Positions 51,308 through 63,719 are shown, counted from the whole stretch's first letter. The stretch: DNA of 63,745 nt, filler included, from Octopus bimaculoides (GCF_001194135.2; 9 parts of 8 records of this genome joined end to end with filler, not necessarily neighbours in it); one strand, 5' to 3'. The notes: generated by a model from the letters alone, not told the origin. Made by a program: numbers and translations.

Positions 51308-52707
51308 NNNNNNNNNNNNNNNNNNNNNNNNNNNNNNNNNNNNNNNNNNNNTTAATTAATTAANNNNNNNNNNNNNNNNNNNNNNNNNNNNNNNNNNNNN
51401 NNNNNNNGAAGAGAGAGAAAGAGAGGAAGGGAGAATGGAAGACAGTTATAAAATAGCAATGCGTGCACGTGTTTATATAAGAAACACACACAAAATAAAT
51501 CTTATATCTATAATGTTGTGTGTATGTGTTTATGTGTATGTTGTTGTCACAGATCACATATGTGTGGTTGTGTGTGTTTTTACGTTTCTATGTTATGAAA
51601 AATATGTTAGAGGTAGAGGAATAGAAGAAAGCTATTAAATGGGAGAGAGGAAGAAGAACGAAGAGTGAAAAGAATAGTCTTAAAGCAAGTTAATCTATGA
51701 CTTTGTATGTATCACTTTCTCTCTCTCTCTTTCTCTCCCTCTTTTACTCTTACTCTCTCTATTTTTATGTTGAGCGTGTGATCAATGTGTAAGAATGCCG
51801 GTACATGTAAAAGGGAAGAAATATAAAAGTTGCTAGAAACAACAGCCAAATCTCCCTTAAATCACACAAAGTAAACAGAATTTAAAAAATCTAATTACTG
51901 CACTGGAAAGTTCACATCGAGAAAATTCCATTGATGTAAAAATTTTTACGAAAAAGTGGAAAATGTGGATTTCTATACACTTTTAAAAAGGCTTCACACA
52001 GACACACAACTTCAGCTTTATATAATAAGATAAGATATACATATATATGTATGTATGTATGTATGTACGTATGTACGTACATGGTGAAAGTTGACTTGAG
52101 ACCAAATAAGACTGCTTTTTAAACTCATTTCCTTCTAAGAAACTCTTTATGTTGGGTTTCCTTATCACTGATGATGTCTCGTATGTCTCTTGAGGCCTGA
52201 AATCATTCCATATTAATTGCAAGTTAGTTTTCCAGATGTTTGTATTTATAATGCCAAAGCAGACCTCTCCAGTGCTGCTGCCATATAAAATGCATCCAGC
52301 CCACTCTATAAAGGAAGGTAATCTAGTCATAAAAACCATAGCAAATCAAACCTCACTGGTGCTGGTGCCATGTGAAAAACACCCAGTCCCAGTCTGTAAA
52401 AAGGATGGCATTAGGAAAGGCATCTAGCCATAAAGAAACATGCCTGAACAGACTCTGGAGCTTGGTGTAGTGCTCTGGCTTACCAGCTACTGTCAAAACT
52501 GTCCAACCCATGCCAGCATGGAAGACAGATGTTAAACAATGACGACAATGTGTGAGTCCATTGGCTGACTACACACTTTGTTTGGGTGCTCAAGAAATCA
52601 TGGATATCATATTGGTAGATGGAGGTGTGTGTTTCTGTGACTACATTTGTGGCTGAGCATGTGTTTGTGTCTTCTTTGTCCTGACATCGAATATGTGTCA
52701 CTGTTTG

Positions 52708-52920
52708 AGGCAGTGAGGTGGCACGATCATTAGCACATCCAGCAAAATGCTTAGAGGCATTTTGTCTGTGTTTATGTTCTAAGTTCAAATCTACCAAGGT
52801 TGACTTTGCCATTCATCTTTTCAGTATTGATAAAAATAAGTACCAGTTGAACACTGGTGTTGATTTAATTAGCTAAGATCCCTCTCAAAGCTGCTGGTCT
52901 TGTGCCAAAATATGAAACCA
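52708..52920 (+). mobile_element. SINE family C, CpG-depleted
   Basis: Colinear with C. Confidence 0.7.
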
Positions 52921-53134
52921 GATGTGTCACTGTCATACAGATAGTGTCATTCCTTTCCAGTCTTCCACAAAAACATGTCCAGTGATAGGGAATGATTACC
53001 TTATTTGGAAACAGGCAAGGTTTGGGGACAGGAAGAAAATCCAGTCATAGAAAATCTGCCTCAACAAAGGTAGTTCTATTTCAATAGAATTATGGTAACT
53101 AAAGTGTCCTGTCATGCAGAATGCAACCTAATCC

Positions 53135-53420
53135 ATCATCATTTAATGTCCACCTTCCATGCTGGCATGGGTTGGATGGTTTCACAGGAGCTGGCCTGGC
53201 AGGAGCCTGCACCACACTTCTATGTTTGGCTTGGTTTTTACGGCTGGATGCCCTTGCTAACACTTGACCACCCTGCAGAGTGGACCGAGTGCTTTTTATG
53301 TGGCACCAGCACAGGCGAGGTCAGTTTTGGTATGGTTTTTACAGCTGGATGCCCTTCCAAATGCCAACCACTTCACAGTGTGGACTGGATGCTTTTTACA
53401 TGGCACTAGCACTGGCAGGG
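53135..53420 (-). mobile_element. RTE-type 3' tail (related pieces at 21722-21796, 23865-24300, 45735-45855, 52240-52550, 54350-54540)
   Basis: Ends CCAACCCATGCCAGCATGGAAGGTGGACATTAAA(TGA)n; internal GGCATCCAGC repeats. Confidence 0.65.
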
Positions 53421-53572
53421 TCACCGAGTAACTTGCAACACAAAGATCCTCTGAGAAGGGAGGGGACATTGGAGGGGGTGATCTTGTGTCAGATGATGAA
53501 AGGTTAGAGTGTGACAGAGAGATAAAAACAGGTGTGTTGGTTTAGAGGAGGTACATAGTTACCCAGCCAGAT

Positions 53573-53604
<32 letters not shown>

Positions 53605-54029
53605 TGGGAGACAGCAAGAGTACAAGTGAGAGCAGGAGAGAGATGATGGCAAAGTGCCAGGTTATACTTGCAAGGAATGGGGATCGGAACATAGAAGGGA
53701 TGGTAAAGTAAGGAAGTGCAAGGTAAATGGTGGCAAGTGCCAGGGCGTACCCTCAAGGTATGGAGGTCATAATATGTATGGCAGGAAGAAACAAGTAGGG
53801 AGTGGGGGTGGGAAATTCAGTGACAGGTAAGAACCTGGGTATATAGAGGGGGTAGGGAAAGCAATGATACAGTGAACAGGGTGGTGAAGACAGGATGGGA
53901 AAGTGGGAGATAATGATAATGTATGTGAAGAGGAAATATGAGGAAGAGAGGAGATGATGTTTGATTTGTTGGGGTAGGATATGTGAAAATTTTTTTGTTA
54001 TGTGTGCATGGAACACAATGCTTCTAGAA

Positions 54030-54066
<37 letters not shown>

Positions 54067-54590
54067 GATGATGATGATGATGATGATATACATACATATA
54101 TGTAAGTGTGTGTGTATGTGTGTATGTTCGTGTTTGTACTCCACCACCACTTGACAACCAGTGGTGGTTTATTTACATCCTTGTAACTTAGCAGTTTGGC
54201 AAAAGATATCAATAGAATAAGAATCGAACTTCAAAAAATAATTACTAAGTTCAATTTGTTCGACAAAACCCTTCAAAGTGGTGCCCCAGCATGACCACAG
54301 ACCAATGACTGAAATAAATAAATGATAAAATCCTCCTCCTCCTCCTCCTCCTTAACATTCCTTTTCCATGCTGGCAAGACTCCAGTCTGATTTGGCTTGG
54401 TTTCTATGGCTGGATGCCCTTCCTAAATATCCAACCAATTTATAAGTGTGCTGGGTGCTTTTAACAGCATGAGTGTTTTTGCAGGGTGCCAGCACAAGTG
54501 GCACTGGCACAGGGCTTGTGTAGGACAATCCTCTTCATCAGGGGGAGTGACATTAACACTTCTGTTGTGGAGGACAGGTCTATAAATATG

Positions 54591-54887
54591 ATGCCTTATT
54601 TCTAGTGAGACAGCTGCAGGAGAAATACCTAGCTAAGGATAAACCTCTGTACCTGGCTTTCGTTGACATGGAGAAAGCCTTTGACAGGGTCCCCTGATCC
54701 CTTATCTGGTGGTCAATGAGGAAACTTGGGATAGAAGAATGGTTAGTGAGAGCTGTGCGAGCCATGTACAGAGATGCTGCCAGTAAGGTGAGGGTTGGAA
54801 ATGAGGACAGCAATGAATTCCGGGTAGAGGTAGGGGTCCACCAAGGTTCCGTCCTCAGCCCCCTCTTATTTATCATAGTCCTCCAGG
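54591..54887 (+). mobile_element. RTE RT fragment
   Basis: DALFLVRQLQEKYLAKDKPLYLAFVDMEKAFDRVP*SLIWWSMRKLGIEEWLVRAV...GVHQGSVLSPLLFIIVLQ. Confidence 0.9.
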
Positions 54888-54987
54888 NNNNNNNNNNNNN
54901 NNNNNNNNNNNNNNNNNNNNNNNNNNNNNNNTTAATTAATTAANNNNNNNNNNNNNNNNNNNNNNNNNNNNNNNNNNNNNNNNNNNN

Positions 54988-55163
54988 ATATACATATATA
55001 CGACGGGCTTCTTTCAGCTTCCGTCTACCAAATCCACTCACAAGGCTTTGGTCGGCCCGAGGCTATAGTAGAAGACACTTGCCCAAGGTGCCACGCAGTG
55101 GGACTGAACCCAGAACCATGTGGTTGGTAAGCAAGCTACTTACCACACAGCCACTCCTGCGCC
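54988..55163 (-). mobile_element. SINE family B, 5' half
   Basis: GGCGCAGGAGTGGCTGTGTGGTAAG...GAAAGAAGCCCGTCGTATA; CpGs intact. Confidence 0.85.
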
Positions 55164-55408
55164 TTACATTTTTAAAGCTTTCCGTGAATTTTTAACGGGT
55201 CCTGCTAGTAAATATAATTACAACAAGGCAGCTACTGAGTGGCGCCACGTTCTAGAAGAAGACGCTAAATGGCTCTAAAACTACCTTATTTATTACATAG
55301 ACACGGTCTGAGAGCGCGGTAAATGAACAAAAACAATATTTTTAAAAGGTCTAGCCATAGATTGATTTCTGGTTTAGAGATGTAATACCCTTTACCGTCT
55401 TCAGTATG

Positions 55409-55792
55409 TTGTTGGCACTCCGTCGCTAACGACGTCGAGGGTTCCTGTTGATCCTTTCAACGGAACAACCTGCTCGTGAAATTAATGTGCAAGTGGCTGA
55501 GCACTCCACAGACACGTGTACCCATAACGTAGTTGTCGGGGAGATTCAACGTGACACAGAGTATGACAAGGCTGGCCCCTTTGAAATACAGGTACAACAG
55601 AAACAGGAAGTAAGAATGAGAGAAAGTTGTGATGAAAGAGTACAGCAAGGTTCACCACCATCCCCCGCCGGAGCCTCATGGAGCTTTAGGTGTTTTCGCT
55701 CAATAAACACTCACAACACCCGGTCTGGGAATCGAAATCGCGATCCTATGACCGCGAGTCCGCTGCCCTAACCACTAGGCCATTGCGCCTCC
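55409..55792 (-). mobile_element. SINE family A, full length, 14-15-bp TSD
   Basis: TSD (A)CCGTCTTCAGTATG at 55394-55408 and 55793-55807. Confidence 0.9.
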
Positions 55793-56164
55793 ACCGTCTT
55801 CAGTATGACATAAATCAAAGTACAAATTATTACCATTTATACATAGCATACGAACAACGCATCTACAGTGCATATACAAATGTTCACATTTATATACAAG
55901 AGAAATTTAGTTCGTTCATCTCAGCCACGTGTGAATAACTAAAATAATTCAGCAGTGAATAAATTGGTTAAAGTGAATTCATATTTATTATAATCATTTA
56001 TCTCGCTTTCAGCCCGTGTCTAGGTGATAAGTAAGGTATTTTTAGAGCCATTTGATGTCTTCTTCTAGCATGTGGTGCTAGTCAGTAGCTGCCCTTACTA
56101 CTGCAAACATTAAGGCAAGGCAAACGTCTCAAGTCATAAACAATATTATTATAGGAAGAAATGC

Positions 56165-57060
56165 AAAATGTTACAGCTGTTTCTGGGATATCCTCGAGTA
56201 TGAGATATTCCGTCATCAGAGACAAATGGGGGGGGGAATAGGGAAATTGGGAATAGTATATATTATTGATAAGATGACGGCATAGCGGAAAAGAATAAAA
56301 GAATAAGGAGATGGAAAGAAGGAAGAAAAAAGAAGCATAAAAGTTCAGAGTTTAGCTTTCAGAAGTTATAGAAACCAGAGCATGAGTGATTAGGTGCAAT
56401 CCTGCGTAGATCCATGAGCGTAAGTCTTTAGGTGCAATCTTGCGTATATCCATGCGGGTTAGAATCCAAGAAAAAAGACGCGAACATATCAACGTTCAAT
56501 CACACCCATGGGAAATTCCTAAACCGTCGTCACGGTATAGGCCAAAGTCATGAGATGGGTATCTATATATCAATGTGTTTAATATAAGTAAACCCACAGG
56601 ATCACAGGCATCAGCACTATCATGTGCCCCCATAGATACATCAAACAGTTCGTTACTATACGACGTTTTTACCCATGCCAATCCTTTACTGAACAATAGT
56701 GTTTTCTTCGCATGCCTGATAAAATCTAGGTCTATAGAGTCAATATCAACATATGATTTAACAAATTCAATAATTTATTAAGCAGCGATCTAGATATAAA
56801 GGGATAATATCAAACTGGATAATTTTAACTTTATTCTTATTCTTAATGTTCTTAAACCAATCTATTTCAGTAAAACTGTTATTCCATTGTTGAAGTCCAG
56901 TAATTTCCCTAATTCTGTTTTTTTTTTATTTTTTAGCTACTTGCCCAATTTCAGATATCGCTGGATGTAACAATCTGCAAGTAGGATTATCGTGAAAATT
57001 GGGCTTATGGTCTTTTAAAGTAATAAACGTCTCTCTTAGCTAAAGAATACATTTGAGTAT
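56165..57060 (-). mobile_element. Penelope-like element: RT remnant plus terminal repeat with hammerhead motif
   Basis: [32 protein letters not shown]...QQWNNSFTEIDWFKNIKNK..IIQFDI...FDVSMGAHDSADACDPVGLLIL...FGLYRDDGLG; CTGATGA...GAAA downstream on the same strand. Confidence 0.85.
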
Positions 57061-57552
57061 TTCTAAACATATGAAACTATTAGTAGCGCTTAAATACATG
57101 TATTGTGGCCCTTTAAATCTAGCCGTTATTAGAGAGAAATATCAAAGAGAAGTAGCTTTGAGTCGTAGCTTTAACTAAAACATAGTCAACAGTATTGACT
57201 AAGCCGTGCTATTAGACGCCAAGTCGGGAGAAGTTCAGCAGTATCAGCGCCAGGCTGTGTTTAGGCATAAGCGAACTTTAGGTTTCTTAAAATATGCCTG
57301 TGACGTATTTCAACTTCTAAGGGCAAATTTACCGCAGATACCGTAAAGAAGAAATTCTCCCGACTCTGCCTTTTTCATATTTTCATGTTATTTTGGCATT
57401 TTTATTCACTTCCTCATCATCTAATTATCTATCTTCATTTAGTAAGTTTTTGAACAATAACTCTGTCATTATTGATGGCTCGAGAAGTGCATTGCATTGA
57501 TGCACCTATGATTAATAGAACTGTCGACATTTTTGACGGCATGGGTATGCTA

Positions 57553-57592
<40 letters not shown>

Positions 57593-57738
57593 GCACACAC
57601 ACACATAGATATGTATGTATATATATATATATATATATNNNNNNNNNNNNNNNNNNNNNNNNNNNNNNNNNNNNNNNNNNNNTTAATTAATTAANNNNNN
57701 NNNNNNNNNNNNNNNNNNNNNNNNNNNNNNNNNNNNNN

Positions 57739-58563
57739 GCGGTGAATAAAATGTTGTATAAATTACGCAAAAATGAAAATAACACTGATCTTATTTTAAC
57801 AGATATATTTACCTAAATTACATAAAAATATCTTGAAATATTAAAGAGTAAATTTATTCAATAAAATCGCCATTGGCTTCAACCATGGCCACCAGACGAC
57901 TTTGAAATCACTTGTAACATTTCTGTTTAAGTTGGTGAATGCTGCCATAATCCTTGCCTTCAGTGTATGTTTGGTGTTACAAGGAGTTTTGTTGGTCTCT
58001 CACTCAACTGCAGCCCATGCATAATATTCAAGGAGATTGCAGTGTGGGGAGTTAGGTGGCCAGATGTTAGGAATGATGTGGTCGCAGAAATTGTCTGACA
58101 GCCATGACTGGGTTCCCCTGCTTGTGTGGCATGGTGCAGAATTCTGTTGCCAGACATAGGGTCTTCCAGCAGCCAACCTCTTCACCCAGGGTCGCACTAC
58201 CTCCTCCACGCACTTGATGTAGGCCGTGTGGGAAGATGAATGGAAACATAACTATGCCATCACTAGTGAACACTACAAACACCATAATGTTGATTAGATG
58301 TTTGATTTTTATCACTCTCAGTACATGCACTGTTCTCAGATTGACACCCAAACACTCTGAAATGTTTGTATTGGAGCTTCTGGCATGAATGCCAAGCAGT
58401 ACAGCATGTCGTTTCAAAATTTCTGACAGAGTGAATTGTCTCATGGAACTGTTTTTCTCACAGACAGTGCCCAAATGACCCTAGTTGATAAAATAAAGAT
58501 AAACAATGAGCATGTGTGAAATTAAAAGTATAAAATGGCGACATTTTACCCACTGCACCCTGT
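57739..58563 (-). mobile_element. Internally deleted maT/DD37D-type Tc1-mariner element
   Basis: GRPYVWQQNSAPCHTSRGTQSWLSDNF...IWPPNSPHCNLLEYYAWAAVE; end TACAGGGTGCAGTGGGTAAAATG. Confidence 0.8.
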
Positions 58564-58568
58564 ATGTA

Positions 58569-58633
<65 letters not shown>

Positions 58634-59450
58634 AATTAAATAAATGACAAGGGAACTAGAAATTATACAATGAACTTCATTAGCTCACAGATGTTTCTAC
58701 TATAAGATGCAGTGCAATTAAAGCTGAGTGCTTGGGTATCACCTTACAGTTTCATTAGAGCATATATATATTGAGTTCTCACACAAGGTTATTTGTATCA
58801 TTATGCCTAGGTGAAATATCGATGTGTGTGTGTGGGGGGGGAGCTGTCAGATAAATTCGTTTTTTTTCCCTTCTATTTTCATCCTTATTTTTCATCAACA
58901 ATTTTAACAAATCAGTCAAGAATATATTCTCTTCGTTGTTCACAATTTCTTGCATATGTTTCACTAGACTGTCTATGCCTTAAAAGTAGAAATCACTGGC
59001 TGTTAACTCAAAGAATTCATTGCACAATGTTTTCAGCTCCACATCATTGATGAATGAAAAGCTTCACAGAGACTGACTGTAAAAGATGATAATCTGAAGG
59101 CACTATATTAAGAAAATATGGTGGGTGTGAAAGAACTTCCTAGTCAAGCTCTTGAATAGCATTTTTAGTCAAATTAGTGAAGTGGCAGTGAACATTGTTG
59201 TGTTGAAGAAGTATGCCATGTCATTGGTCAGGTCATTTCACTGGATTGCCTCATTGAGCCAGTGCATTTGCTGAACATGATGCTCTACATTGTCTGTGTT
59301 GTTGTTTTCAAGCATTTTTGTAGTGGATTAGCTCTTTCCAGTCTCACCTACTATAGGTCATCACCTTGCATGGATACAGCTCTGGCTTGGCTTGAGGTAC
59401 TATTTGTTTGTTGGGACTCAGCCATTCTTTTCTCTGCTTCATATTGATGT

Positions 59451-59490
<40 letters not shown>

Positions 59491-59745
59491 TTATTTATTT
59501 ATTACAGGAAAGACAGTTTGTGTTCAAAAGTAACTCTCAAGCAAGCAAACTAGTGGTGATAGGGGAGTACTGGAGTTTTTCTCTTTCATTTACACCAGGG
59601 GTTGGTGAACTGGGGTAAATGACCCCAAGTGGGGTAAAAATGAAATTCTTGGGGATCATGAGGACTCATTAGCAGTGCCTGCTTAGGTGTGCTTAAGCAC
59701 AGGGCCCTGGTGACCAAAAAAATTTTTATGATGAATTTTTCAAAT

Positions 59746-60063
59746 ACAGTTCTATATTTAAGAGATGAGGAATTATTTACATTATTTACATTATCTACAT
59801 TTGACGGATATTCGTCCTCATCTTGTTTGTTGTTAACACAACGTTTCGGCTGATATACCCTCCAGCCTTCGTCAGGTGTCTTGGGGAAATTTCGAACCTG
59901 GGTTCTCATTCCTATCGATGTTACTATTATTATTATTATTATATTATTATTATTATTATTATTAATCAGGTCGCTGCCGTGAATCGAACTCGGAACCTTG
60001 GGGTTAGTAGCCCGCGCTCTTAACCACTACGCCATATGCCCGTGGGCATAATGTAAATAATGT
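59746..60063 (-). mobile_element. 318-bp tRNA-headed, hammerhead-bearing retroposon with 12-bp TSD
   Basis: TSD AATTTTTCAAAT at 59734-59745 and 60064-60075; A-box 60034-60024, B-box 59991-59981; hammerhead 59880-59835. Confidence 0.8.
59835..59880 (-). ncRNA. Minimal type I hammerhead ribozyme motif
   Basis: GACAC-CUGACGA-A-GGCUG(10-nt loop)CAGCC-GAAA-CGU-U-GUGUU: full core, 5-bp stems I and II, palindromic ACGU stem III. Confidence 0.75.
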
Positions 60064-60329
60064 AATTTTTCAAATGTCAAATGTTCAGATGTTTTATGTA
60101 AAACATCCTGAAAAATGTTACTAGAAATCCTGTCCCTACTAATTTATTTACTAATTTACTTTCCAAAACAGCAATAAAGAAAAAAACGATCTAAAAAAAC
60201 CCAAAACATATATCTATGAAGCTGGTCATAAAATTCCCTAGGGAATTCTGTAGAAAGATGAAAGAAATAAGCTAAAAAGCTAGTTCTAAAATCTCTCTAA
60301 GAGATGATCACAGTAGTTGTACTAGCAAG

Positions 60330-60857
60330 TAATGTTCATAGCCACTGCAACATGGTTGTTCCATCTTTCTAACAACAGGACCAGCATACCAGCCTGGTTT
60401 TGGGCTATTTCTGCCTCTCTTCAGTACTGGACACCTCATCTGCTAGAGATGGCAGTACCTTACTGAAGAGAGGCAGAAATAGCTTGCTATGAACCAGCTT
60501 GCTAATTTCCCAGAAATTACTTGTTACAAACATTACTTACAGTGACCATTTTTAACTTGTTGCAAAATCAGCGACTGTGAGTCGCTTGAATTTATAAATA
60601 TTGCAAGCAGAGGTGAGCTACTGCCATCGCTAGCAGATGAGGTGTCCAGTACTGAAGAGAGGCAGAAATAGCCTGAAACCAGGCTGGTATGCTGGTCCTG
60701 TCGCTAGATGGTAGTAGGGGCTCATTCCCCTGTTCGCAATATATTGGATGCAGCTGTGCATCATTAACCAGCTAGAGGAGATGTCTTCTTGGGGTTAAAA
60801 AATTACAGTAAAGTCCATTTGAATGGAACAGCCATGTTGAAGTGGCTACAAACATTA
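60330..60857. repeat. Nested inverted repeats
   Basis: Inner arms 60376-60457 and 60619-60700 (79/82); outer arms 60330-60364 and 60823-60857 (31/35). Confidence 0.85.
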
Positions 60858-61489
60858 CACAAAAGAAATAATACTGAGAAAAAGCAAAGTCAACAACAAC
60901 AAAAATGACACCAAGAACAGTAGCAACAAAATTAAAAGAATACATACACACAAATTCTTGGTGTTAGTATGAAATAACAGAGTAGGCAGTTGGTCACTGC
61001 TACCCAAAGTAACCACAGTAGATACAGAGTGGTGCTGATGGGGGTAGAGGGAGAAGATAACTCATGTCAGCACCTGAACTCGCTACACAATAATGTAAAT
61101 ATGTTGCAAAGAATGATAGCATGGAAATTCGTCCTAACAATGTTTTATTGTGTAGTGATGAGTTTTTATCATGACAGGTTGACTGATTTACTTTCAGACT
61201 GACTGTTTTAAAATAGACCTGTGGTTTTTCATATTTGTTTTGGATTATATATCTTGTATAGAAGTATCTCTACTTACTTTTTTTTTTCAAGCATTGTAGT
61301 TATATTTGTGATTTTACCAATAGATATTAAATGTAAGATTGGAAGCGAAATATGATGTTCCCAAGTTTATATCAGAACACAGTTTTAGNNNNNNNNNNNN
61401 NNNNNNNNNNNNNNNNNNNNNNNNNNNNNNNNTTAATTAATTAANNNNNNNNNNNNNNNNNNNNNNNNNNNNNNNNNNNNNNNNNNNNC

Positions 61490-61655
61490 TGTGGTGAAAG
61501 AATACAGCAGGGTTCACCACCATCCCCTGCCGGAGCCTCGTGGAGCTTTAGGTGTTTTCGCTCAATAAACACTCACAACGCCTGGTCTGGGAATCGAAAC
61601 CGCAATCCTATGACCGCGAGTACGCTGCCCTAACCACTGGGCCATTGCGCCTCCA
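61490..61655 (-). mobile_element. SINE family A, 5' half
   Basis: Head intact; the rest lies in a gap. Confidence 0.85.
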
Positions 61656-61721
61656 TTAAATAAAATAAATAAAGTCTAAGTAGCTATAAAACCACCTTCT
61701 TTCTCTATAACTCACTTTATG

Positions 61722-61763
<42 letters not shown>

Positions 61764-62559
61764 AAATAGGGTGTGTTTTTTAGAAGACTATTCTTGATAT
61801 TGTTGCAATATTTGAAGAAAGTTTTTTCTTATATTAAAAATTATTACTTGTAAGAAAATATCTTCACAAACAGACTGATACGTGCCGCGTGGAAGTAAAT
61901 TCTCGGGCTGAGTTAATCTCTTTCTGCTGTTCTCAGATTTTGAGAAACATGTTATAAGGTAAACCTTACAGAGTTAGTTGCTTTTTGCTGACTATTTCCG
62001 GTTTATTTTTGAATTTAGAATTCTAAAATATTCTTCTTTTGTCTTTCGTTATAAAAAAAAAAAAAATTCAGATGTTCAAGCATGTGACATTTCTAAGTGG
62101 TGAATCTTTGATTCATTACTTGTTTCCTAAATCCAACTTANNNNNNNNNNGATTTTGAGAAACATGTTATAAGGTAAACCTTACAGAGTTAGTTGCTTTT
62201 TGCTGACTATTTCCGGTTTATTTTTGAATTTAGAATTCTAAAATATTCTTCTTTTGTCTTTCGTTATAAAAAAAAAAAAAATTCAGATGTTCAAGCATGT
62301 GACATTTCTAAGTGGTGAATCTTTGATTCATTGCTTGTTTCCTAAATCCAACTTATCAATTTTTATACTGTTTCTCCAATATAATTCTCATTGTCCTGAG
62401 GGCATGTGGTGCATTAAATGACATTTTTGCTGTTGCTTTGAAATTAATATTTGCATTAATTCTCAATTCTTTCCTGTCATCTTACTGCAACTTCGAAAAT
62501 CTAAATTCAAAAGTAAATTCGAAAACTCTAACGCCAAAATTCAGAAAGAAATCAATCAG

Positions 62560-63110
62560 CAAGCGAACGAGTGAGAATATACAAGAAAATCTAGTAGAGT
62601 TATGGAAAATCGACATAGGAAGCTAGGAAATAAACCAAATAAATAAAAAGCTACGAACGAAAATCTAGTTACAACAATATGAATGTAGTTAGGGAACAGA
62701 TTTGTGAAGAGAAAACGTCTTAAAAATGCAGACCTTGGCAACAACAGAAGAAGCCATAATCCCCTCTGTAATGATATACAAATCAGATCAAAAAATTATC
62801 AACGTGCGTTTAACGATAATACTATACATATCAATAAATTGAAACCCTCCGTTCAAAGACATGGAGTATAAAGTGTACAAATACCTCACAAAAACTAAAA
62901 GAGAAAAAGGAAACCAGCTTTGGGAAGCAGGTGTTTCAAATAAAAACGAAATTACATAAACATTCTGGGAAATACGGAACCAACTGATCCAAAACTAATA
63001 AATTTATTACAACGAAACTTCATGAAATATAGAAAACTTGACCTGAATTCTTCCAAAAGAAGAATTACATGACACAGTTATGTTATGTGGAAAAGAATTT
63101 ATAATGATTT
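62560..63110 (+). mobile_element. Possible highly decayed Penelope-like linker plus GIY-YIG endonuclease region
   Basis: Pieces such as KSSYNNMNVV and LYISIN*NPPFKDMEYK...TFWEI resemble PLE ISYS.M.N and YIG.T...FK.R...WEI; many stops. Confidence 0.4.
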
Positions 63111-63351
63111 TGAAATTGTATTTTAAAGTTCTTTATAGCGATATATTTTGGCAATATCTTAACTATGTTGTATTTTGTAGACATGCTAATTAATTAATTA
63201 TTTCAGGATATTTTACTTCATAATGACTTCAATGTTAAATGTAACAAATTATAAATATACTGCGCATATTAATTCAGTATTTGCGGGGTTATGAACTACG
63301 TATTAAAATAGAGTAACCAGATGGGTCACCAATCAAAGTTTGTTGACAGTA

Positions 63352-63719
63352 TGTTGTTGGCACTCAAGGGTTCCAATTGACCCGATCAACGGAACAGCCT
63401 GCTCGTGAAATTAACGTGCAAGTGGTTGAGCACTCCACAGACACGTATACTTTTAACGTAGTTCTCGGGGATATTCAGCGTGACACAGTGTGACAATGCT
63501 GTCCCTTTGAATTACAGGCACAACAAAAACAAGAAGTAAGAGTGAGAGGATGTTGTGGTGAAAGAATACAGCGGTGTTCACCACCATCTCCTGCCGGAGT
63601 TTCGTGGAGCTTTAGGTGTTTTCGCTCAATAAACACTCACAACGCCTGGTCTGTGAATCGAAACCGCGATCCTATGACCGCGAGGCCGCTGCCCTAACCA
63701 CTGGGCCATTGCGCCTCCA
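63352..63719 (-). mobile_element. SINE family A, near full length
   Basis: Head and tail present. Confidence 0.9.

Noticed and set aside
52165-52210. CTGATGA...GAAA with a 5-bp hairpin
   Set aside because: No stem I or stem III; part of another decayed repeat.
59969-60041. tRNA-like sequences (here and in SINE heads) as real tRNA genes
   Set aside because: Acceptor stems do not close, and they continue into repeat bodies flanked by TSDs; SINE heads, not tRNA genes.
61936-62355. About 205-bp tandem duplication around 10 Ns
   Set aside because: Differs only by one base and poly-A length; haplotype or overlap artefact.
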